A stretch of 64,000 nucleotides of DNA from Candidatus Bathyarchaeota archaeon (GCA_963771885.1 CAVYVF010000002.1:1-64000); one strand, 5' to 3'. Counted from the stretch's first letter, positions 1 to 10,780 are shown. A program made the numbers and translations. The notes: a model not told the origin generated them from the sequence alone.

Positions 1-545
1 ATCGAATCCAAGAGCCTCACTTACGTAGAGGCTGGCCTGGTGACTAGCGTTGGTACTGTGTCTGGGTTTATTGGCTGTATTGCCATGGGGGTGTTTAGCG
101 ACAAGATAAAAAAGCGCAAACTGCCGATCATCGTGTCTCTTACCTTTACACGGTCTTTTTGGGATGCTTTATTTTCCTGCCTTCTGGATTGCCGGTTGCT
201 TTCTACGCGTTGAACTGGTTTCTCTTGACCTTTTTCCTTAGTTTCTGGGTGCTCTTTCCCAGTATGGTTGGTGAGGTCGTGTCGCGGGCTAAGGCTACGA
301 TTGGTTTCGGGGTTATGAATGGGTTGATGATGATCATCACGAGTTTAGCTACTCCCCTTTATGGTGCCTTGGTTGACTTGACGGGTAGTTTTTTCATTCC
401 GACGTTGATCAGTCTAGGTCTAAGTGTTTTTGCCTTGATTATTCTTAATAGGTCTCTATCGGAGACTTACGGGCTTGCTCCCGGCGATCATTTTTTTTAC
501 GATCCGTTCTTTGAGGAAGCGCGCGCGAGCAGTTCTTTAATCTAA
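1..545 (+). CDS. MFS transporter, C-terminal part (5' end outside window; frameshift near 145)
   Basis: Frame 1 reads ...GCIAMGVFSDKIKKRKLPII (MFS motif A-like) and continues in ORF 159..545 with hydrophobic helices and PLYGALVDLTGSF. Confidence 0.75.
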
Positions 546-637
546 ATGTATCCGTTTTTTAGAAGTTTTGTATACTGCATCCTCAACCAGGTGTGAACTT
601 TTATATTATTTAGAAACACTCCTATTGGGAGAATAAT

Positions 638-2182
638 ATGATAAAAGAGACGAAGCCAACAAAAGCAAATAAGAGACCAATACTTGCACTCATCATAATC
701 GTAGCCCTCGCAGGCGCCTCATACTACGCATACCAGACACTAAACCCCCCAATCAAACCAACAAACTGGCCAACCCAAACCTGGACCACCGCCACAGCGG
801 AGGCAAGCGGCTTCGACTCACAGAAACTAGTCGAAGCCATCACCTCAATGAAAGTTACCCTCAACATACACAGCCTCACCATCACAGGCATCGACGGCGG
901 ACTCTTCCTAGACGCCTACTTCTACCCATATGACGGCTCCACCTACCACGACTATGCCTCCGTGACAAAAAGCGTGACGACGACCCTCATCGGAATAGCC
1001 GCCGACCAGGGAAAACTCGACCTGGATAAACCGATCCTATCCTACTTCCCCGACACAACGGTGGCAAACCGCGACGCCCGCAAGGAGAAGGTCACCGTGC
1101 GCCAGCTAGCAGGAATGACCTCCGGATTCACATGCGTCGACTACCCCACTGAGGCGACGCTCGAAGAGATGATGCTGACCCCAGACTGGGTACAGTTCGC
1201 ACTAGATCGCCCAATGGCAGCCGAACCGGGCACACGCTTCACCTACGACAGCCTGGGAATGCACCTGCTCTCAGCCATCCTCGAAGTAGCCACCGGAGTG
1301 ACGGAGCTAGAGTACGCCAAACAGGTCCTATTCACCCCGCTGGGTATAACCGAGGTCTGCTGGCCATCCGACCCGCAGGGCCACACTAAGGGCTGGGGGG
1401 ACCTCTGCCTCCACCCACGCGACGCCGCCAAAGTTGGCCTACTCTTTAGCCATGGAGGCGAATGGGATGGCAAACAAGTAGTGTCGCAGTCGTGGGTATC
1501 CGAGGCGACTAAGAAGCACGTCTCGACGAATCGCGGCCAAGATTACGGCTATGGTTGGTGGGTATCGCCATCCAGTGAAGCCATTCCCTATTATAGCGCC
1601 GAGGGCAGGGGCGGTCAATACGTCAGGGTCTACCCGACGCTGAGCATCGTCATTTCGGCGACTGGGGGCGGAGTCAGCATGGGCGACATAGGTCCTAAGC
1701 TAGCGGAGGCGATTACAGAGGGTGGAAAGGCTCTGCCAGCCAACCTGATTGGGGCTGAGAGGCTAAGAAGTGCGGTGGTTGAGGTCGGTGTTAAACCTCA
1801 ACCGGTAGCTGTAGCTGAGTTACCGGGTTTGGCGGGCGTCGTGTCAGGTAAAACCTACGTCTTCGACTCGAATATTCTGGGTTTGAAATCTATGGTACTT
1901 GAGTTTGACGCTGGCTCTGAGGCGTTCTTTAAACTGGAAAAAGTGGGGGAGCTAGAGCCACGCTTCGGGGTCGTTGGCCTCGACGGAGTCTACAGGATGA
2001 GCAGTAGCGGTCAGCCTGCGGCTGCAAAGGGAAGCTGGTCGAGCCACAACATCTTTACCTTGGACTATAATGAGGGGCCTGGCCTAAACTATCTTCAAAT
2101 AGAGTTCATCTTTGAGGATGACGTGGTTCGGTTCAATGTTCAGGGATTCGGTGAAATCATCGGAAGACTCTCGGATACATAA
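638..2182 (+). CDS. Serine hydrolase, beta-lactamase class C/AmpC-like, N-terminal membrane anchor
   Basis: SVTK (SxxK) motif, PGTRFTYDS, YGYGWW, AEGRGGQ. Confidence 0.9.
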   Translation: MIKETKPTKANKRPILALIIIVALAGASYYAYQTLNPPIKPTNWPTQTWTTATAEASGFDSQKLVEAITSMKVTLNIHSLTITGIDGGLFLDAYFYPYDGSTYHDYASVTKSVTTTLIGIAADQGKLDLDKPILSYFPDTTVANRDARKEKVTVRQLAGMTSGFTCVDYPTEATLEEMMLTPDWVQFALDRPMAAEPGTRFTYDSLGMHLLSAILEVATGVTELEYAKQVLFTPLGITEVCWPSDPQGHTKGWGDLCLHPRDAAKVGLLFSHGGEWDGKQVVSQSWVSEATKKHVSTNRGQDYGYGWWVSPSSEAIPYYSAEGRGGQYVRVYPTLSIVISATGGGVSMGDIGPKLAEAITEGGKALPANLIGAERLRSAVVEVGVKPQPVAVAELPGLAGVVSGKTYVFDSNILGLKSMVLEFDAGSEAFFKLEKVGELEPRFGVVGLDGVYRMSSSGQPAAAKGSWSSHNIFTLDYNEGPGLNYLQIEFIFEDDVVRFNVQGFGEIIGRLSDT

Positions 2183-2192
2183 TACACATTTG

Positions 2193-2828
2193 TTACACAG
2201 GCGAGCGTTTGCGCGCGCCGCCTTTAATCAGGTACCATATGAAAATAGCCTGCCAAACATAGTACCCATAAGTTGAGACGCGTTCACTTAATCCAACGTA
2301 AGGCGTAGGCTCCCCCATCACCAAACCGGGGATGGTCAGAAACACTGTTGCGCCCGGCACAAGAAGCACAAGCAGAGCAGCGAACGAATAGATGCGAAGC
2401 CAGCCACGAGACGAAAACGCAACAATGCAAACCGCCAACAAGACGAAGACGACCCCAACACCCGCCAGGATGATGTGCATGGTGTCGGTGAATGTCGCCT
2501 CAACGCCCCGCATGTGCATCGGGTAGATGTTCCAGAGCACCAGGCCGTTCACCGCGTTTCCGACGAACATCAAGGCGGTCAAACGAATAGCCCTGCGCCC
2601 CTCAGCGGAGAACCAAACTCCCACAGAGAACGCGAGCACAAGAAAACTACTGAAGGTGTAGACCGGGACCACGAAGCCGCTTGTCGGCGCACCGATTGCA
2701 AACAATTCACTGATAGCCTGAGCTGTGAAACTGTAGCCGGGGTACAGCAAACCCGCCGCTACATCCGTGGCCGCAAATACCAGGGAAGCGACGATGCCGC
2801 AGACGAGTAGAAAGATTCCCCTTTTCAC
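2193..2828 (-). CDS. DUF998-family membrane protein
   Basis: YPGYSFTAQAISELFAIGAP, DTMHIIL and GLSERV patterns; multiple TM helices. Confidence 0.8.
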   Translation of the reverse strand: MKRGIFLLVCGIVASLVFAATDVAAGLLYPGYSFTAQAISELFAIGAPTSGFVVPVYTFSSFLVLAFSVGVWFSAEGRRAIRLTALMFVGNAVNGLVLWNIYPMHMRGVEATFTDTMHIILAGVGVVFVLLAVCIVAFSSRGWLRIYSFAALLVLLVPGATVFLTIPGLVMGEPTPYVGLSERVSTYGYYVWQAIFIWYLIKGGARKRSPV

Positions 2829-2837
2829 TGATTTCCA

Positions 2838-3284
2838 TCATAATTCTTCCAATGGTCCGTCTTCGATTAGTTCCGCTTTTTGACTCGACCACTTAAGCGA
2901 AAACCAGACAATGAGAACCGACGCCATTAAAGCGGCTGTCTGCAATAATAAGAGATACGCGGAAGCTATTGTTATTTGTGACAATCCATACGCAACCCCT
3001 GAGAGATTAAACACCGTGAAGACTAATCCTAACAAAATATTAACCCGACGGCTCGATGAATCACTCAGCGTAAGGGATAGAAAAGCCATTACGAAGGGAA
3101 TTAACATAACCATCGCACCACCCAGCAGCATGTAAGGGACTAATTGTGAGGGAAAGGTAGAAATCATCTGACCGAGCCCTCCCCCAACATCCAAACTATT
3201 CAGCGTCAAGAGAAGCAGGAGGGCGAAATCCATGAACATCCACAGAATGGAAACCTTAACCTTCAAAGAGAAAGCCTCCATCAC
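2838..3284 (-). CDS. Four-TM membrane protein (DUF6326-like)
   Basis: KVKVSILWMF ... IPFVMAFLSLTL ... RRVNILLG pattern. Confidence 0.6.
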   Translation of the reverse strand: MMEAFSLKVKVSILWMFMDFALLLLLTLNSLDVGGGLGQMISTFPSQLVPYMLLGGAMVMLIPFVMAFLSLTLSDSSSRRVNILLGLVFTVFNLSGVAYGLSQITIASAYLLLLQTAALMASVLIVWFSLKWSSQKAELIEDGPLEEL

Positions 3285-3571
3285 GAAATCCCTCCGAGAA
3301 GATTTCCCGCGCTTTCACCTAACTTTGCATTCATCATCGCCTGTTTCAATACCATACTCAAATTTGATCCACTTCGCCAATTTTCCATGAAAGCCCCCAG
3401 GAATATAACATCCACGAATAAGCCATTGATAAATTTCACAGCCGAGTATTAATCAAAATAATTGAAACACAAGACTAGCACTTGAAACAGAGTTGAACCG
3501 AATCAAAGACTATGAAAAATAACAATCGAGTGTTCGAGCCCCTTTAATTCAATTTACCCCTAATCGACTCC

Positions 3572-3860
3572 ATGAGCAAGTTGAAACCAAAGAGAACCGA
3601 CGATGATCACACCTTCTCCATCGAGATGGCCTCTAAAGCCCACCTCGGCAAACTCGAAGTATCCGATGGCCAAGGGCCAGGTACTCATCGAAGGTGAGCT
3701 CGGTCGAGGCATCTCGGTGGAACTCGTCGAGGGCATAATGCTCCAGATAACAGGCGAGAATGGCGTTTTCCGAAGAGATCTCTCGGAGGGAGACCTGAAT
3801 GGTGTCCTAAGGTCCTCGAATACCTTACACATTAAAAGTCAGGTGGATGAACATCTTTGA
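3572..3860 (+). CDS. Small hypothetical protein (frameshift near 3675)
   Basis: ATG 3572 MSKLKPKRTDDDHTFSIEMASKAHLGKLEVS joins VLIEGELG...MLQITGENGVFRRDL of ORF 3603..3860. Confidence 0.55.
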
Positions 3861-4328
3861 CGGGTTCCGTGGCTTCGAAGGGGAGAGGCGATACGGTCCC
3901 GGAGTCACATGTCGACCTTCTAAGAAGCACAGTGGATGTCGTGCTAACAACGATAACCCCCGAAGGTTACCCACAGAGCACACTTGTCTGGTGCAGCCTC
4001 GATGCTCTCGGTCCTCATGAACACTGGCAAGGGTTATCAAAAGGAGAGAAACATGAGAAGAAACCCAAACGTCTCCGTTTTCGCCTTCGACCTAAATAAC
4101 CACCTCCACTGTGTCGAAATACAGGGCGACGCAGAACTCATAGAAGAGGGAGCCAACGAGCACCTAAACAGCCTCTCCCAAGCCTACACGGGTAAAGCCG
4201 ACTTCTACAGAGACGTCATGCCGGAGTTAGCGGGTAAAGAAACCAGAGTCATCATCAGGTTGAAGCCGAAAAGGGTCAGAGTTAGGGATGGACCCATGGC
4301 TCGGACACCAGTAAACAAGCAATTATGA
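3857..4328 (+). CDS. PPOX-class F420-dependent oxidoreductase (frameshift near 4005)
   Basis: LTTITPEGYPQSTLVW in ORF 3857 continues as MNTGKGYQKERNMRRNPNVSV...VEIQG in ORF 3984. Confidence 0.85.
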
Positions 4329-4340
4329 TGAGTAGATAAT

Positions 4341-5170
4341 TCAGCGTTTACTATCCTTATCTCTAGGTCGCCCCATAGTCCAGAACCAGGATAGCTCTTT
4401 CGCCTGCTCCCAATAATATTCGAATAGATCCCTACACCAGCCATGGAAAACAGGATCCCTTGATCGATATCCCAGCACGTCGACCTCGCTATCTCTCTTA
4501 GGGAGGGCGAGGACAGCCACCTCCTTCTCGGTCATGTACATCCTCACCTTGACCTCGTCAAGGTATCTAATTTGCAGGTATCCCTTCCTCCACTGCTCCT
4601 CGAAGAAGTCGAGGTGCTCCCTCGGCGTCTCCCTCATCACTTCCTCGGGAGGAGTATAGTACATGGGCTCGATAGCCCTCAACTTCACCCCCCTCTTCAA
4701 TTGATTGATCGAGTCGTTTGCATCTCTGGGGCTAGACATTCTGCCCGGCGAGATAAACCACTCATACTCCTCAGAAGCTCTCCTCGCCCTCGCGATGTTC
4801 GCGACAACGTCGAGCAGTTCTGTCGTCCTCTCATTGTCTTTGAGCTCCCCGAGCCTGGAGACGAATTGTGGTGGCAGCCAGTGTGTGGAGTGGCTGAGGA
4901 TGTAGTCCCTCTGTTGTGTGAGGAATTCGAATGGGGCTAAAAGTTTGAGTGCGTTTACTCCAAGGGAGGTTAGGACGTAGTCGCCGGTGGGTCTCTTTCG
5001 ACGAGTGAAATCTGGACTAGCCTCGCTATGTTTCGTGAAGTTCCTTGTGCGGTGAATTCGAGTTTGTTGGCTATCTGTGTGAGGTTCATCGGGCCTTGCT
5101 CGATTGCCATCAAGATCCCGAGTCGATCATTGTTTGATAACTCGAATAGGAGATTGCACAGGGGCTCCAA
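4341..5170 (-). CDS. ArsR-like wHTH / DUF1724-type transcriptional regulator (two frameshifts)
   Basis: N-term LLFELSNNDRLGIL...LTQIANKL...SRNIARL HTH; C-term GYRSRDPVFHGWCRDLFEYYWEQA. Confidence 0.75.
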
Positions 5171-5344
5171 GTATTGTTCTATGTTATTGTACTGGTTAAG
5201 AGATAAGATAGTTTGGGGCCAACCCTAAGCCAGATGAGCGTTTGCTGATTGGGTTCTTAATCGTCGACGTTGATTTTTCACACTTCAAAGTTCGGCTCTG
5301 TTAATAGCAGTTTAGCATCCGCTTTTCTCGGAGCTGTGATTAGA

Positions 5345-5779
5345 TTGGAAGAAGGTTTGGAGAAAAGCAGGGTGTTGGTAGCATTCTATTCAAAAGGTGG
5401 AAATACTCGCTCAGTGGCTGAAAGAGTCGCGAAAACCTCAACGCAGACATCGATGAAATCAAGATGGCGAGACGATAAGGTGAATCTTTAGGGAGGATCC
5501 GAGTGCGTACGAATTGGTGATAGTTGGCACACCTGTCAATGGGTTTTCTCCCTCGAAGCCTGTGGCAGACTATCTAAAGAGGAATAGCGGAAAATTCAGG
5601 AAACTATCCACTTACTTAACTTATAGCCTATGGCCTGCGGGAACCCTGAAGAGAATGAGTGAGCTAGCCTCTGCGGTGCCCGTGGCTTCGGCGGTATTCA
5701 AGTCAAGGGATATCAAGCTAGGTCAATCGACGATGGGCTCAATGCTTACATTGCCTCGATGAAAAATATGCTTGGTTGA
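5345..5779 (+). CDS. Flavodoxin-like protein (several frameshifts)
   Basis: VAFYSKGGNTRSVAE FMN loop, then VIVGTPV in the next frame. Confidence 0.65.
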
Positions 5780-5789
5780 GTGATCTGAA

Positions 5790-6345
5790 ATGAATCTGAT
5801 TCAGATTGTCGGGATCGTCTTCGGGGTAATTGTGGGAGTGGTTGTTCTATCATTCCTGGTGATCAACTTGGACTTCGGCCAGCTACCTTGCATCTGGCAG
5901 TGAAGCTCTTACACCGACTGGAACACCCGTTGGACGCGCTCTTGTTGTCTATAGCCCGGGGTTATCAGGAGCTGCCAAAGAGTCGGCACAAAAGATTGCC
6001 TCAAGCCTCGTGGGAAGGGGCTACAGAGTCGACCTAGTGGGTGTTCGGAGCTCAGCCGCCAGCTCCAGCACAGACTACGATGTGGTCATTGTAGGCGGCC
6101 CAGTATACTTTGGAAAACTCAGCGCATCAACCGCTGACTACCTCGGGAAGTTCGCCCGGAAAACCGACGCGAAACTCGGAGTATTCGGCACGACTGGAAC
6201 AGACAAATTCATGGAAGTCGACTTCAACACAGTCACAGAGCAGGTATCCATCCTAAGAGGTGGAGAAACGGTTCAGATCAAGTTAATCCTGACGAATAAC
6301 GTTGACGCTGACTGCGCCGCTCTGGTAAACTCTACACTAGGATAA
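5790..6345 (+). CDS. Membrane-anchored flavodoxin-domain protein (frameshift near 5875)
   Basis: N-terminal TM MNLIQIVGIVFGVIVG, then ALVVYSPGLSG and YDVVIVGGPVYFG. Confidence 0.7.
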
Positions 6346-6367
6346 CGTCGACTGGGAGGAGCCACCG

Positions 6368-6961
6368 ATGATTGAGGGTAAAAGTCAACTCGAAGTGCTC
6401 CCTACGGGGCAACGCGCGGGACTAGCGCTTATCATCCCCAATCTTCTTACATCCATTCGAGCCATATCCACCAGCATCCTGTTTATCACCCTAGTTGAAG
6501 GTGGCTGGGGTTTCCCCATCTACGCTCTGGCCTGCCTTACTGACGTGTTGGATGGTTTTTTTGCGCGTCGTCTGCGGATAGAGAGTGAGTTCGGGGGAAT
6601 GCTAGATGCGTCGGTTGACTTTGTACTGATCTTCTCGACTTCACTATATCTGGTTCTGGATGGGTTGGTCTCTGCGTGGTTCTTGTTTTTAATTTTATTT
6701 GCGTTCACAAAGTTCCTGCTCTTTCGGGGGAAACCGGTTTATGATCCCTTTGGGAAACACATAGGCACCGTGCTTTTTGTAAGCCTCGGAACAGTTTTGT
6801 TCTTCAGGGCTCCATTAGTAGCCAACTGGGCCATATCCATTGCATCATGCTATGTTCTAATCGCTACTACAATAAGCATCGGCGCGCGCTGGAGACGCTT
6901 GGTATCGGACTATCACGAATGTTGGCCCGGAATTTGGCTTAAGCAGTCACCAGAAATATGA
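6368..6961 (+). CDS. CDP-alcohol phosphatidyltransferase family
   Basis: IPNLLTSIR and TDVLDGFFARR...SEFGGMLDASVD signature. Confidence 0.9.
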   Translation: MIEGKSQLEVLPTGQRAGLALIIPNLLTSIRAISTSILFITLVEGGWGFPIYALACLTDVLDGFFARRLRIESEFGGMLDASVDFVLIFSTSLYLVLDGLVSAWFLFLILFAFTKFLLFRGKPVYDPFGKHIGTVLFVSLGTVLFFRAPLVANWAISIASCYVLIATTISIGARWRRLVSDYHECWPGIWLKQSPEI

Positions 6962-7177
6962 TGGACACTGTGTGAGATGTATTAAAAACAAGTAATCCTA
7001 TCACACTCGTTTAAAATCCTTAAAATAATTTACATATTGTAGTCGAGAAGACCTCGGAGAAACTAGGTGAATATGGAATTGGCCAAAGTCCCTATCCGCG
7101 CGCGTAGATGTGAGCGGTAAAAGTGTGCTGCAAATAATCTTATCTCCACTTCGCGCTAAAATGATATGCACGCCTAG

Positions 7178-7588
7178 AGGTGCCTAGAGACGTTAAGTGA
7201 CTATCTCGCACCCGACTATTTTAGTAATCGAGTACTATTCTTCACCATCCTCGCCGCAGTCCTAATCATAGGCATATTATGGAAGAAGCTCAAGCCAAGC
7301 AGTTGGAGGATCGAAGAATTCTCCTTCAATCGCTCATTATCCACCGATATTCCTCCTAAAAAGAGCGCCATCAGATGCAGGATATGCAGAGCCTCATGGA
7401 TTCACCCAGAGAATAGGTTAAGTGGGGGCATAAATTGGCTCGGTGAAGATAGTATAAAGTGGAAGTGCCCGGGATGCGGTCACGTTGTTGTCTGGGAGAG
7501 GCCGCTTCAGTTTCCGCATAGTAATTATGGGCCGAATGAAGACATCGGGAGTCTATCTAGGGTACTCCCTGAGGAGTATGAAGGCTAG
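7178..7588 (+). CDS. TM + zinc-ribbon protein lacking a canonical start codon (not in ORF track)
   Basis: Stop-free frame DYFSNRVLFFTILAAVLIIGILWKK...CRIC...WKCPGCGH...EYEG*; GAGGTG SD-like at 7177. Confidence 0.55.
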   Translation, partial: RCLETLSDYLAPDYFSNRVLFFTILAAVLIIGILWKKLKPSSWRIEEFSFNRSLSTDIPPKKSAIRCRICRASWIHPENRLSGGINWLGEDSIKWKCPGCGHVVVWERPLQFPHSNYGPNEDIGSLSRVLPEEYEG

Positions 7589-7649
7589 GCGTGCGCGCTT
7601 CAGATAGGGGGGCATCACTGTATTTCTGGAGCTATTGTGCGCGCGACCG

Positions 7650-8030
7650 CTATCCTTCTACCTTTGCCTCAAACCCGCCATATGCCATACGTTTCACATC
7701 GAATGGCATCGGAACATCCTTGTACACATTTGCTTGCTTACTCATTTCCTCCATTACTCTTGCGTTGACCTCATCGCGGTGTTTCTTAGACTTGAAAACG
7801 ATAAACGAAAACCAAACAGTTTCACCGGGCTTCGCTTTTATCAACTCGGTAAATCCAAGTGGCTTAGACCCCCCCATTTCCTTTGGATGAAGGTCGTCAC
7901 CAATACACTCAATGTATTGAAGTGCGCCAAATTTCATCCAGGTTTCCTTTCCCATCTCTGCCATCTTCTGGTATTCTTCGACCTTGTCTTTCTGAACGAC
8001 AAGTACGAAACCGTCTACGTATTTCGTCAA
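7650..8030 (-). CDS. DUF1428 (YbaA-like) protein
   Basis: YVDGFVLVV, GALQYIEC, ETVWFSFI, MPFDVKRMAYGGF. Confidence 0.92.
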   Translation of the reverse strand: MTKYVDGFVLVVQKDKVEEYQKMAEMGKETWMKFGALQYIECIGDDLHPKEMGGSKPLGFTELIKAKPGETVWFSFIVFKSKKHRDEVNARVMEEMSKQANVYKDVPMPFDVKRMAYGGFEAKVEG

Positions 8031-8242
8031 AATACTTCGCCTCATGGACCTGATTTGAACGAATTCTTATAAACTCGACTTCGCAATCGCCGTTATTTCC
8101 CAACGATATCGAGTCTCGCTGTGCTTCTCATTTCTGATGGCGAGACGGTGCGCGCGAATATGTGCATATCCTATTCAATAACCTCCCTCCTCACACGAAC
8201 TCGGTCTCATTTATCAACCCAACTCATCTGAAAGACTATGCC

Positions 8243-8512
8243 ATGATGCGGAAGCTGGACGTTATCGAATTCGTTGAAGACCTTCGAGATTCTACAGGCG
8301 CTCGGCTGAATCTAAACCTCAACGTATTCGCAACGCCCCCACCCCCATATCCCGACATCGAGAGCGACGGATATAAGCTTAGGATTGATCCGACCGTGCT
8401 CAGCTCTGAGGACGAGGAGAGGATAAGGGACTTCGCTGAGAGAAGGGGTTTGACGACCGAAGACTACTGGAACGATTGGGGAAGATACCTGACAATTTGG
8501 AAGAAGAAGTAA
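8243..8512 (+). CDS. Hypothetical protein
   Basis: Protein-like 89-aa ORF MMRKLDVIEF...YLTIWKKK. Confidence 0.55.
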   Translation: MMRKLDVIEFVEDLRDSTGARLNLNLNVFATPPPPYPDIESDGYKLRIDPTVLSSEDEERIRDFAERRGLTTEDYWNDWGRYLTIWKKK

Positions 8513-8633
8513 CCAAGATATCAGGGTGACTTGAGCTTTTCCAGCGCATGGAAAGGTGCGCACAGTTTTACCGTTAGCTGAAAGCAATAATCTTATCATA
8601 GATTCACGGTAACTAAACTCCGGTGATCAAGGT

Positions 8634-9050
8634 ATGGAGTCAAAAAACGTTGAAGCGGTAAAACGGTTCTATGGCTACGTTGACTCGGGGAAACCAGAGG
8701 CACTAGGAACCTTATTTGCCCCGGAGGCCAAAGTATTCTACGAGTCCGGAGACCCTGTTCAGCTCGACGATATGATTCCAGTTATCAAGACTTTCTACGC
8801 CTCCTTTCCCGATTTTAAACACGTAATCGAGGACATCTTCGAGGTTGAGGACAAGGTTGTAGCCAGGTTGTCATTTACTGGCACCTTCAGGAATGTCTTC
8901 ATGGGTTTTGAACCAGACGGCTCCGTTTTCAGGTATGCTGGTGTCCATATCTTCCAGTTTAGTGAGGGTAGAATATCCACTGTCTGGGCCGTTGAGGATG
9001 AGTTAGGGTTGATGTCGCAGCTGGGTTTAGAACTCAAGCCTAAGAATTAA
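8634..9050 (+). CDS. SnoaL-like ester cyclase / NTF2-fold protein
   Basis: FYASFPDFKHVIEDIF...DKVVARL.FTGT...D.LGLMSQLG. Confidence 0.9.
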   Translation: MESKNVEAVKRFYGYVDSGKPEALGTLFAPEAKVFYESGDPVQLDDMIPVIKTFYASFPDFKHVIEDIFEVEDKVVARLSFTGTFRNVFMGFEPDGSVFRYAGVHIFQFSEGRISTVWAVEDELGLMSQLGLELKPKN

Positions 9051-9225
9051 TGAATCGGATGCGCGCGGGGTGGGGTCAACCCTTTGAATGGCGCGCGCTA
9101 TATAACAACATGCAAACCTATTCAATCTTCTACAACCGTACGAGGGTCAGGTGAAGATAGATCTAAGTGGGCTCGACCTTAGTTTCCAGAAAAGCAGGTG
9201 ACAAGAAGAGCACTCTCGATGGCGG

Positions 9226-9684
9226 CTATTTTTCCAATTCAAACACCTCGAGGCAGAAATCCGAGGCGTCACTCCGATATTTTTCAATCTTAAAATTCTT
9301 CACCGCAGGATTATTCTTCTTAGCGGCGTCGGGGAACTTCCTCCACCAAGCATAACACATGTTCCTCGCCTGATCGTGGGTGAGCCCGCTCTCACGCATC
9401 CCAGCGTAACAGGGACACGTATGGTTGATGAGTGTAACCTTGCCGCCCTCAACCTTCACGTCGGCTTCCCAGCCACCTGACCGCTGGCTTGCGAGAAGCT
9501 GCTTTGAGTAGGCTTCTGCGCCCAGCTTGGTCCACTCCGCGTAGGCTGCTGCGCTTTCCTCCCCCATGTCGGCTACTGCGTCGTACAGGCTTTTTTCACC
9601 GATTTTACCCATGAGTATTCTGGCGAGTTGGCCGTACATCGCGAAGCCGTTCTTGGCTGCGTTTGCGAGTTCTTTTTGATCCAT
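9226..9684 (-). CDS. Hypothetical protein, V4R/ATC-hydrolase-like Cys-containing fold
   Basis: HTCP, MC and DFC Cys pattern; family uncertain. Confidence 0.55.
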   Translation of the reverse strand: MDQKELANAAKNGFAMYGQLARILMGKIGEKSLYDAVADMGEESAAAYAEWTKLGAEAYSKQLLASQRSGGWEADVKVEGGKVTLINHTCPCYAGMRESGLTHDQARNMCYAWWRKFPDAAKKNNPAVKNFKIEKYRSDASDFCLEVFELEK

Positions 9685-9790
9685 GCACTACCCCATTTAC
9701 ATTTGTCGCAGATTTATTATTAAAAACCAGTCAGTGTATCTCCATAGCCTTATCCTCAGTTCAGCCTGATACTAAGCAAGTGAATCATAA

Positions 9791-9856
9791 TTGAATGAAC
9801 ATCGAACATTCGTACTAATACCGGGTATGTGGCACGAAGGCTGGAGCTGCTCGCGC
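9791..9856 (+). pseudogene. N-terminal stub of an alpha/beta hydrolase
   Basis: TTG 9791 MNEHRTFVLIPGMWHEGWSC resembles TFVLVHGAWHGGWCW; similarity stops at cgcgc 9852-9856. Confidence 0.65.
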
Positions 9857-9952
9857 ATCCGGTTAAGTGAAAGTTGATAAGAATGCTTGAATTAGTTTAA
9901 AATTGAGGAACATTCCCTGGATAACACAAAAAAGTTACCAGATTTAATACTC

Positions 9953-10408
9953 ATGCTTAATGATGCCACTGCTAGAGAGATACAAGTCTCAATGCAGTAC
10001 ATGCTGCAGCACGCACTCTATAGTGGAGCAGGGCCGCTCGTCGAGCGCAGCCAAATCGATTCAAAGGCGGGCAAGTTTATCGCGAGCCACTCGCCCTTCT
10101 TCTTTCCAGGTGACAGCCTCAAGAAGATCGCGATTGCGGAGATGAGGCACGCGGAGGCAATTGCTGAACGAGTCTCGTTCCTAGGTGGTGCGCCTTTGAC
10201 AACGGCAAATTCTTTCAAGATAGGTCAGACGGTGAATGAGATTCTTGAGCTTGATAAGAGGGAGGAGGAAGGCGCGATTAAGCTCTACGAACAGATTGTT
10301 GATGTGGCTAAAAGCGTGGGAGATGAGGCGACTGAGAGGCTTTTTGAGAAAATACTTCTCGAAGAGAGGGGGCATCATCTCATCTTTACAGGTTTGATTA
10401 ATCGATAG
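9953..10408 (+). CDS. Ferritin-like / bacterioferritin-family protein
   Basis: EIQVSMQY, EMRHAEAIAER, EEGAIKLY, EERGHH di-iron motifs. Confidence 0.9.
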   Translation: MLNDATAREIQVSMQYMLQHALYSGAGPLVERSQIDSKAGKFIASHSPFFFPGDSLKKIAIAEMRHAEAIAERVSFLGGAPLTTANSFKIGQTVNEILELDKREEEGAIKLYEQIVDVAKSVGDEATERLFEKILLEERGHHLIFTGLINR

Positions 10409-10451
10409 ATGCACCTATCTGGTGATTACGCGCGTTGGTCAATGTAACTAG

Positions 10452-10620
10452 CACACCCCGCTCGGTACTATTGGATACTGGAATCCCTTCTCCATGACCC
10501 CTACGTTCAGTGGACTGGAGATGTGGTATCAGGTGCACCAAGATCATCAAGGTAAAAGGATAGCAACGCAGGCGGCCTCCCTGTTGATTAATCATTAATT
10601 TTATGCAATTAGGCCACCGC
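10452..10620 (+). pseudogene. Internal fragment of a RimJ/RimL-type GNAT acetyltransferase
   Basis: HTPLGTIGYW...LEMWYQVHQDHQGKRIATQAASLLINH*F; in-frame stops; bounded by CG runs. Confidence 0.7.
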
Positions 10621-10780
10621 TCGCGCATGCACAACATAAGAATCAACATGAAGCGCGCGCAGAGTATATTGACCCTTGATACTGGAATGTATGAACACAT
10701 CGTTAAATCTTACCTCTGAACCATAAACCCAATCTATTTACGGGTTGATTCCATAAGGGAAAATAGCAGCGGGTCCAGGT

